From positions 13,848,567-13,912,566 of the forward strand of contig CM120644.1 of the NCBI GenBank assembly GCA_051362555.1: a stretch of 64,000 nucleotides of DNA, written 5' to 3'. The notes under the pieces were generated by a model, which was not told the origin of the DNA, searched no databases, and saw only the letters and a program-made list of their open reading frames with translations. The DNA is from Lingula anatina. Taxonomy: Eukaryota > Animalia > Brachiopoda. Below are positions 54,801-64,000 of the stretch, piece by piece; the first letter of the stretch is position 1, and every line of letters begins with the position of its first letter. Position numbers and translations under genes: made by a program.

Positions 54801-56306
54801 ACTGATAAATTTATTCATAATGTACTTTTCAAGTCAACCTCTTAAAATTAGAATATTCCTACCCAGTGGTAGCAACAAAAAGGCTAACCCTTAAAGCTGT
54901 ATTCTAAATAGTTTAAGTTAATGATACACAAAAAAATATTTTTAATGACTGAAAATGATTGGACAGATCTAGTCATAACCATACAATTAATTGCAGATAT
55001 CAACTGCACAATAATTGCACACATCGCTGATATGGTGTCAGAGAAAGAATGAGATTTTCTCGGGGTCAGATGAATTTAATTTCTCTGTTATTTTTCGACT
55101 AAATGGGCTAAAAGGATCCATTAAAATGCATCTGTTGTAATAGAATTCACCCTTTTTTGTCGCTTTAAAGCCCAATGAGTTTTAAAGCAAGCACAAAGCA
55201 ACATTCAAAAAAATTTAAAACAATATCCCAAGGAAGCAAAATTAATGCTAAATCATCTGAAATTCAGGAAAGAAGAACCCTTATATTCACCAGGGAGGAG
55301 GGTGTATGAGACATAGGAATAAAACAGAGGTTTTCCAAGGTGACTGCACCCACATTTCAACTGACATCATGTGAACTTTTGACCAGACGCATTTTCATCA
55401 TCAGAGAACGAGGAGACTATGGGCTGTCCCGCCATGCTGTGTTAATGGGTATCACCATAGTGACAAGTATCTGGGTCATGTAGGATTAACCCATAAATAA
55501 CCAATCAGAATGATCTCAACTGGGTCACTGTTGCAGTTATGCATTCATGTTATGTCCATGTGTTTGTGTGTTTGTGTGTGTGTGTGTTAGGGGGGGGGGG
55601 GTTAGGTCAAAAAGGGACTTCTGCCAAAATAGGTATGTCTAGTGAAAAATATGGAGCAGTAAATTATGAGTCAGCTAATTTTAAAATTACACAAAACTCA
55701 GCACTTTTGCAATATCTATTTTGAAAGAAGAAAAAAAAATCTGTTTAAGTTCATTACACTTAAATAAAGGAATTAATTAAATACCCAAACAAAAATACTT
55801 CCTTGCAACAAGCTAGTCACAAGCTTGTGGCAAGCTAGTTTTACCCTTCGCAAGCTTGTTACAAGCAAGTTGGAAGCTTGCGCATGCTTGCATGAGGCTA
55901 GAAAGGATTTCTGCAAGCTTGCAAGATACTTTTGCAAGTTTGCAGAATTGATCTGCAAGCTTGCGAAATACTCTGCAAGCTTGCAGCGGGCAATGAAGGC
56001 TTTCTGCAAGCTTGCATGATATTTTTGCAGGCTTGCAGAACACTCTGCAAGCTTGCAGTTGGTCAGGGAGGTTTTCTGCAAGCATGCAAGATATTTTTGC
56101 AAGCTTACAGAACACTATTCAAGCTTGTAATTAATAATTAAGCTTGTGATGACACTTTCTGCAAGCTTGCATGAATTTTTGCAAGCTAGGAAATCTGAAC
56201 AAGCATCTGGGAATTTTAATTTCTGCAAACTTGGAGGTAAAATGTTAATATGATGAGCCTCTAGAAAGAGGTGAAAGTACTAGAGGATCATATATTCTTT
56301 GATTTT

Positions 56307-56353
<47 letters not shown>

Positions 56354-57375
56354 AGGAAGTTACTGGGCTTTCCTAAAATCTGAACAAATGGCCGGACGAG
56401 ATATCTGTAATTTTCAGGGGTTTAATGAAACAGAAACAAAAAGATTGTTACAAAGTTTTACGATGCTTAAAATGTCATTTGAAACGTTATGATTTGTGTA
56501 TAAGGTTTTATCTTAATATTTTCATAGACCAGATAATTTACATATTGCCAGGGATCGTCCTGGGTCAAAATCTGGTTGGGCCATTTTGGCCCACTTGGTC
56601 AAAAAAAGTGGGCCATTTTTAAAAAATGTGTGCCGTGAATTATTTGGCGAAAATTCATTATATTTCAATATTTTTATATGATTAAAAACACTTAAAAAAG
56701 GCTTGATGCTATTACTCTAGAGTTCTAGATAATTGAAGTGTGTGGAAAAATTTTCCAAATTAACAATTGTACTGTCCAAAAAATCAATCATTGTACTGTG
56801 CTGAGTAATAGCACTGCATGGAAAGGTTGACAATTCCCATTTTATTGTGAAAAAGAATCCATTGCTCTGAAAATAATTTTTATTTTTCAAAATATATTTG
56901 CATTCTTTTTTAACCTGAAAACAATTAAAGCAATGATCTAAGCTGAGAGAAACCAGTCTTACATATATCTATATTTACATAAAAATCTGGCAAGCAACTA
57001 CATAACATTACTAAAATTAGTTGGGATATCGATTAATGTACTTATACATTAAGTATGTGATTATTACACTGCTGCAGGGCTTAACGCTTTTTCAGGACAC
57101 CTGTCCGCTCAGGCTTACTGCTGACAAGTCTCACCTGTCCCCCAGCTAATTTTCACTTGCACAGTCCCTCCAACCCCACCTCAAAAAAGTGCATTTTTTT
57201 TCAATATCTAAGCTGGTTCCTTTAGGTGGATATAATATGATGGGCAGTTTTAAATCATGACTGTGCATCCATTGCGCAATTCCCGCATTGAAAACGATGT
57301 TGTCCCTCATTTAGAGACATGCAGTGCCACTAAGGGTGAAAAATTACAAAAAAAGTCTGTTAATAATAATAATAA

Positions 57376-60370
57376 CTAGAGGATCAGAGAGGCGATACCG
57401 CCTCCGAATATTGTACCACCAGCTGGAGCAAGCGCATTCGTATAGACCCCCACATATACAAAATAAGGAACACAATCAAAGTTAAGTTCATCGTAAGGTA
57501 GGTCAAAGGTCAATTCCAAGGTCACAGTAAATTGCCAGTATATGACTTCCTATTCAACTTCAATAGTAACTATGGGCCTATCTCTGCCAGGTTTGGAGTT
57601 AAAAGAGAAAGAAATTAGCAGAGTTCAGTTCATGATAATAAGTAGGTCAAAGGTCAATTTCAAGGTCACACTTAGATTGCCAGTATATAACTTCCTATTC
57701 AACTTCAATAGTAACTATGGACCTATCTCTGCCAGTTTTGGAGATAAAGGGGAAGCAAAATATGCAAAGTTCAGTTCATGGTGAAAAGTAGGTCAAAGGT
57801 CAATTTTAAGGTCACTTTAAGATTGCCAGTATATGACTTCCTATTCAACTTCAATAGAGACTATGGACCTATCTCTGCCAGTTTTGGAGATAAAAGGGAA
57901 TCAAAATCTGCAAAGTTCAGTTCATGGTGAAAAGTAGGTCAAAGGTCAATTTTAAGGTCACATTTAGATTGCCAGTATATGACTTCCTATTCAAGTTCAA
58001 TAGAGACTATGGACCTATCTCTGCCAGTTTTGGAGATAAAAGGGAAGCAAAATTTGCAAAGTTCAGTTCATGGTGAAAAGAAGGTCAAAGGTCAATTTTA
58101 AGGTCACATTTAGATTGCCAGTATATGACTTCCTATTCAACTTCAATAGAGACTATGGACCTATCTCTGCCAGTTTTGGAGATAAAAGGGAAGCAAAATA
58201 TGCAAAGTTCAGTTCATGGTGAAAAGTAGGTCAAAGGTCAATTTTAAGGTCACATTTAGATTGCCAGTATATGACTTCCTATTCAACTTCAATAGAGACT
58301 ATGGACCTATCTCTGCCAGTTTTGGAGATAAAAGGGAAGCAAAATTTGCAAAATTCAGTTCATGGTGAAAAGTAGGTCAAAGGTCAATTTTAAGGTCACA
58401 TTTAGAGTGCCAGTATATGACTTCCTATTCAACTTCAATAGTAACTATGGACCTATCTCTGCCAGTTTTGGAGATAAAAGGGAAGCAAAATTTGCAAAGT
58501 TCAGTTCATGGTGAAAAGTAGGTCAAAGGTCAATTTTAAGGTCACATGTAGATTGCCAGTATATGACTTCCTATTCAAGTTCAATAGAGACTATGGACCT
58601 ATCTCTGCCAGTTTTGGAGATAAAAGGGAAGCAAAATTTGCAAAGTTCAGTTCATGGTGAAAAGTAGGTCAAAGGTCAATTTTAATGTCACATGTAGATT
58701 GCCAGTATATGACTTCCTATTCAAGTTCAATAGAGACTATGGACCTATCTCTGCCAGTTTTGGAGATAAAAGGGAAGCAAAATTTGCAAAGTTCAGTTCA
58801 TGGTGAAAAGTAGGTCAAAGGTTAATTTTAAGGTCACATGTAGATTGCCAGTATATGACTTCCTATTCAAGTTCAATAGAGACTATGGACCTATCTCTGC
58901 CAGTTTTGGAGATAAAAGGGAAGCAAAATTTGCAAAATTCAGTTCATGGTGAAAAGTAGGTCAAAGGTCAATTTTAAGGTCACATTTAGATTGCCAGTAT
59001 ATGACTTCCTATTCAACTTCAATAGTAACTATGGACCTATCTCTGCCAGTTTTGGAGATAAAAGGGAAGCAAAATTTGCAAAGTTCAGTTCATGGTGAAA
59101 GGTAGGTCAAAGGTCAATTTTAAGGTCACATTTTGATTGCCAGTATATGACTTCCTATTCAAGTTCAATAGAAACTATGGACCTATCTCTGCCAGTTTTG
59201 GAGATAAAAGGGAAGCAAAATTTGCAAAGTTCAGTTCATGGTGAAAAGTAGGTCAAAGGTCAATTTTAAGGTCACATTTAGATTGCCAGTATATGACTTC
59301 CTATTCAACTTCAATAGTAACTATGGACCTATCTCTTCCAGTTTTGGAGATATAAGGGACTAAATGTTATAATTTTGGAGTTACCATAATGTACCATAAA
59401 TTTCCTACAGAAAAAATTAATTAAAATAAAGAAAAGGTCATTTTGGTCAAAATTCTTGAAATGGGAGGTGCTCTGAAGTTCCAGATGTTCAAATTTGATG
59501 AAATAATGTCATTTTTGACCACAAGTTGTCTGCTTTGCCAAGCCTTATGTTTTATTTTTCCAGAGTTCAAAATTTATTATCCATTACCGTACTGCACATT
59601 TTGCTTTCACCACCAATATGTACTTTTTGATACAGCGTAACTCGAAAACCGTATGGAATACAAAAAAACGGAGACCACCTCCAGTGTTGGGCTTAACATG
59701 CTCTACAAAATGCAAAAAAGAATGGGTGTCTAGCATTAACGGTTCCCGAATTAGAGACAGTTTTCAGTTTCGATATCTTATGGCCGCTACTCCCGTGAAA
59801 ATGCACCGATTGACCCCAAATTCACAGAGATGAAAGATGACCTGAAGGGTAACACTTTCCATTAATATTATTAGTTAAGTCTGTGTGGTGTCTGAATAAG
59901 ACCGCAAATTATTTTTTTTTTCGGCAAAAATTTTGTTTTTTTGAAAATTTTGGCCAGTTTGACCTTGAAATAAAGGTCAAAGGTCAAATCCAAGGGCATA
60001 TTTGAAATCTACACATATGACTTTTGGAAAGCTGTCTGTAGAAATTTTTCCCATAATTCCTTCCGTAGGGGAGATAATTAGCATTTAATTTTGCCATTTT
60101 TGGACAAGGGTGCATTGCAATGAGTGCCACACCTAGACCCCAATACCGACAAAGCCCAAATTTTACGTGGAACGAGTTGAGATTATAGGTGACCCAAATC
60201 CAAGAGATGGGTATGGAGGCCCTTACCGTCTAGGAGGAGAAGCGGTAACGAGGACTTGGCGGCGGAGCCGCAGGAGCCGGCGGAGCCGCAGGAGCCGCAG
60301 GAGCCGGCGGAACATACGGGTCGGGACTAAAACCATGTGTACCGCCAGCGCCTACGCTGGTGGTACAATA
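57376..60370 (-). mobile_element. Helentron-associated element (HINE), about 3.0 kb, carrying a 146-bp satellite
   Basis: AA|CTAG end, hairpin GAGGCG-ATAC-CGCCTC (57389-57404), subTIR ATTGTACCACCAGC (57410-57423) / GCTGGTGGTACAAT (60356-60369), terminal palindrome GTACCGCCAGCG-CCTA-CGCTGGTGGTAC, 9-bp GC-rich repeat at about 60258-60311. Confidence 0.8.
57480..59360 (+). repeat. 146-bp tandem satellite, about 13 copies
   Basis: GGTCAAAGG anchors at 57501, 57645, 57791, 57937, 58083, 58229, 58375, 58521, 58667, 58813, 58959, 59105, 59251. Confidence 0.95.
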
Positions 60371-60959
60371 ATAAGATTCTTATATGGCGCCTTACATTCT
60401 ATCTCAAGGCGCCTTACAATAATGGCTAATATACTAAAATCATTAAAATGACTACAATATTTTAATCATAAACTCTTATTGGAAACCATTTAAAATTTAC
60501 ACTACTAAAAATCAATCTTATTTAAAAAAAAATTTAGTCTGTAAAAAACAGACGAATATTTCTCCTTTTCACTTATCGATTACTCAACATGCGGCCCGAC
60601 TGAACTGAGAAGCCATAAGTTTGTTTACCTACCTCGTGTAGTTAGGTGTTCTCAGAGGTCCGCGCGCGGCTTGTTTTCAGTGTTTTGAGCATTGCGCGTT
60701 TTTCATTGCGTACTTGTTTCAGTTTCGATAAATTTTTGTGAAACGGGTCACATGTCAGCCCTCGCAACATCGCTACGCGCACTTCGAACGACATCATTAT
60801 GTAGGGAGATCTTTATTATGAAAAAAAGTTTCTGCTATATTTGTACGCGCCAAAATGGCGCAGGTTAGAATTTTACTTGCGCCTTTGAGAAGAGGCTCGC
60901 GCATTTGGCGCAATCGCGCGGCCCAGGATTATCCCTGCTCTTTATTACATTACATGTAC

Positions 60960-61089
60960 AGTTCACGGAAGAAATGACCGCAGCGCCACCTATGGCGCGT
61001 AGACAAAGCGCTCGTACGCATGTGCGGAAACGTCGTCTGCTCTAATCCGCTGCATCAAATTCAAACTGCGAGCTCGAGAATACGAAAAA
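60960..61089 (+). promoter_or_regulatory. CpG-rich promoter-like segment with CTCF-like and NRF1-like motifs
   Basis: CAGCGCCACCTATGGC (60981-60996), CGCATGTGCG and CGGAAG lie directly upstream of the ATG at 61090. Confidence 0.4.
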
Positions 61090-61273
61090 ATGGAAGAAAA
61101 CACCGCGAATCTCTTTTGTTGGTTCGACTGGGATGACAATACAACTTGCGTCAACAGTATAAAAATTATCAAAGAACCGAGAAAAGGCTTTCTTGAATAC
61201 AAAAAAGGTGCCGAAGTTGTAGCAAAGCTACCGAAATTTGGACTGTGGAAAGGTGTCATCGTAGAAATTGGCG
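61090..61273 (+). CDS. Putative first exon of a transposon-borne gene with a PWWP/Tudor-like N-terminus
   Basis: AAAATGG start context; MEENTANLFCWFDWDDNTTCVNSIKIIKEPRKGFLEYKKGAEVVAKLPKFGLWKGVIVEIG; strong donor G|GTAAGT at 61273/61274. No downstream exon found. Confidence 0.45.
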
Positions 61274-61569
61274 GTAAGTTTTCCTTTGTTAAACAACATA
61301 CATTTTTCTAATTTAATCGTCAGTTGAGAATACACCGATATTTTTTAGAAGTATTTTATGAATGAAGTTCAAAGAATTTTTTTTTTCATGCTGAATTCAG
61401 AAACTAGTATTGTCTGTGAGCTTAAAATCGTCATTGAGGTAGAATGTAGGTCTCCTGCAGTCCGTGCCGTCTTGAGAAACTGATAATGTAATTTTGTTAC
61501 TTATTGTTACTTATTGTTGCTTTCCAACACAGGTCCCAGAGGGTCCTCTTCGTTGGACTCAATAACTTG

Positions 61570-62730
61570 ACTTCCGGTTGTTTTCAAGGTGTGACTTTGA
61601 AGTTCCATGGGCCTGAAGACCTTAGCCAGTCACATTTTCTGAATACCTATGATACATATATTTTATCATTAAAAATTGGTAGTCATTATGCTGTCAAGCA
61701 TTATGAAATATTGCATCAAAATTGAAGAAAAGCCTATTTTAGGCACTGCCGCCATAGTGACCATTAGAGGAAAACCATGCCACTCACTGTTCTCAAACTC
61801 TCAAACAAGAAAGAAACGTGATTAAAATACAACTTCAGTTGTAAATGCTGTCTGTTTTGGTATATTTTTCTGTAAGCTACACATTTTTAGTGCAAATTTA
61901 ATTTCTCACATGTTGGCATTTTCAAGGTGTGATTTTGAATCTCCATGGGCTTGAAGGCCTTTGCTAGTCACATTTTCTGAATATCCATGCTGCTAATATT
62001 TTATTAACAATTGATGGTCATTTTGCTGTTAAGCATTATGTAATATTGCATCAAAATAGAATAAAATGCAATTTTGGGTGCTGCTGCCATGATGACCATT
62101 ATGGGAAAACCATGTTACTTATGATTGTCAAACTTATAAAAAAGAAACACAGGACTAAAATGCAGTCTGAGTTGGTAAAGCAGTCTAATTGGCTTCTTTT
62201 CCTGGAAGTTATACATTTTGATGAAATATTCATTTTTATTGTATTGGCATATTTATTGTGGGTCTCAGAGCTCCCAAGGGCATGAAGCGGATTGGTAATC
62301 AAATTTTGTACATGTCCATGCTATTTATAGTCAATAATCAAAAATTGGTGATAATTATTTTGTAATTTATTATATAATGTTACATCTTCTTTTTGCACTG
62401 CTACCACAAACATTATGAAGAGAAAACTGTGTTACTTATTATTATTTTTAACTTACAAGAATGATTTTTAGGATTAGCATGCAGCTCAAATTAGAAAGCC
62501 AACTCAATTGGGTAATATCATTTATTATTGAATTTATGCAATTTTGTGTGAAATTTTAATTTTCCTCATTCTGGCATTTTCAAAGTGTGAACGAGAACTC
62601 TTGTTGGCCCTGAAGCCTTCTGCTTGTTACATATTTTACTTACATCGGTATTACCTGCTCAGCATAATTAGAATTTGATGTTGAATTTGCAGTGAAGCAT
62701 ATGTACTTTTGCATCAGAATTTACAGTTAC
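61570..62730. repeat. Inverted fragment of the 336-bp-period HINE internal repeat (homolog of 46900-48370)
   Basis: For example, 62310-62410 is the reverse complement of about 47180-47290. Confidence 0.75.
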
Positions 62731-62772
62731 TGAAGCCTATTTTGTGCATTGTTATTTTTTGCTTTTCTGTAC

Positions 62773-63295
62773 ATTACACTACTTAATAGATTTACATGCT
62801 TGTATATATTATATTACATTTTTTTTTAAATTTTCCTCATTGTTGGTAGATAAAGGGACACTTGCTTGTAATGTTATCCAGAAATTAATCATTACACTAC
62901 TTAATAGATTTATATGCTTGTATATATATTACATTTTTAAAAAATTTTCCTCATTGTTGGTAGATAAAGGGACACTTGCTTGTTATGTTATCCAGAAATG
63001 AATTATTACACTACTTAATAGATTTATATGCTTGTATATATATTACATTTTTAAAAAATTTTCCTCATTGTTGGTAGATAAAGGGACACTGCTTGTTATG
63101 TTATCCAGAAATTAATTATTACACTACTTAATAGATGCTTGTATATATATTACATTTTTTTTCAATTTTTGTCATTGATGGTAAATAAAAGGAACACTTG
63201 CTTGTAATATTTTCCAGAAATTAATCACTACACTACTTAATAGATTTGTATGCTTGTATATATCAACTTTTTTTTTTCAATTTTCCTTGTTGTTA
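62773..63295. repeat. AT-rich tandem repeat of about 114 bp, about 4.5 copies
   Basis: A(T/C)TACACTACTTAATAGA anchors at 62773, 62891, 63005, 63118, 63227. Confidence 0.9.
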
Positions 63296-64000
63296 GTAAT
63301 TCAAATTACTATTCATTTTCTGTACAATAATCTACGATAATAGATGAGTGAAACCTCCTACTCAGTAGTTATTTGTGTCAATTTTGTATGCAGTTAACCT
63401 TTAGAAAATAGTTGCAGTGTGCTTGCAGTTAAGCTTTGTGCAAGCTTGCAGTTTAGTTTGCCACAAGCTTGCAGTTTGGCTTGCTGCAAGCTTGCGGTTT
63501 GACCTGTCGCAAGCTTGCAGTTTGGTCTGCTGCAAGCTTGTGGTTTTAGCTTGCCGCGAGGTTTCAATTACTAGCTCGTCGCGAGGTTCCAATTCCGAGC
63601 TTGCAAATTAAGCTTGCCGCAAGCTTGCAGTTTGGCTTGCTGCAAGCTTGCGGTTTGGCCTGTCGCAAGCTTGCAGTTTGGCCTGCTGCAAGCTTGCGGT
63701 TTTAGCTTGCCGCGAGGTTTCAATTACTAGCTCGTCGCGAGGTTCCAATTCCGAGCTTGCGAATCAAGCTTGCCGCAAGCTTGCAATAGCAATGAATTGC
63801 AAGCTTGCCATTTTTGTTTGGGTAAACAGTGCTAAAAATTGTTTTGTCTCAGACAAAGTATCAGCAGAGTTTACATTATAGACTGACAGTGTTAATTAAC
63901 ATGGGACCTTATAATTACAGAATGCTAAAAACTTGAAAAGGAAGAAGTGCAAATTACCAATGTCCTACAAATCACAAACTGCCAAATTATACATCTTGAG

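Larger units (their letters stand above)
56549..60937. mobile_element. Putative hAT-like non-autonomous element nested in the EnSpm element
   Basis: CAGGGATCGTCCTGGG versus CCCAGGATTATCCCTG (14/16 inverted match), with similar subterminal CATTT(T)GGC motifs. No 8-bp TSD recognisable. Confidence 0.45.
55784..63822. mobile_element. EnSpm/CACTA-type non-autonomous DNA transposon, about 8.0 kb, with nested elements
   Basis: 13-bp TIR CCCAAACAAAAAT / ATTTTTGTTTGGG, TA on both sides, subterminal arrays of GCAAGCTTGC at 55800-56230 and 63410-63810. Confidence 0.8.

Noticed and set aside
55773-56141. Cys/Leu/Gln-rich ORFs on both strands (also 63401-63881)
   Set aside because: Translations of GCAAGCTTGC palindrome arrays, open on both strands because of the repeat.
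57480-59360. CRISPR array or tandem ncRNA genes
   Set aside because: Whole 146-bp units are repeated without variable spacers, there are no tRNA/5S/snRNA features, and the array is enclosed by HINE termini.
60167-60451. Protamine-like RRSRRS ORF
   Set aside because: The Arg/Ser run comes from the 9-bp GC-rich repeat next to the HINE terminal palindrome. The ORF starts at GTG and crosses the element boundary.

Overview
AT-rich, intron-rich animal (probably marine invertebrate) genomic DNA; no prokaryotic operons or CRISPR arrays. Four host genes can be rebuilt from splice signals and protein motifs: two tandem inositol polyphosphate 1-phosphatase (INPP1-like) paralogs on + (3' part of copy A at 71-2341; complete copy B at 11064-13816), an SLC23/NAT-family transporter on + (about 19390-43039, with a predicted chain of N-terminal microexons), and the 3' half of CCDC93 on - (44326-51886), tail-to-tail with the transporter. 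The rest is dominated by transposons: a young but RT-deleted Gypsy (Mag-like) LTR element inside an SLC23 intron (20283-24536); two large CCC...GGG, 2-bp-TSD EnSpm/CACTA-type non-autonomous elements with palindrome-based subterminal arrays (5744-9420; 55784-63822); Helentron-type (HINE) elements carrying satellite arrays (45738-49670, 46280-46512, 57376-60370); and many MITEs. Most interesting: a 146-bp satellite with a perfect nuclear-receptor DR1 in most units inside a four-level transposon nest, a PWWP/Tudor-like exon with its own CpG-rich promoter inside the second EnSpm element, an intronic DR0 half-site microsatellite, a Gly at a catalytic Asp position of the Gypsy integrase, and an apparent gene-conversion patch between the INPP1 paralogs. 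All calls are by eye; no database search was run.
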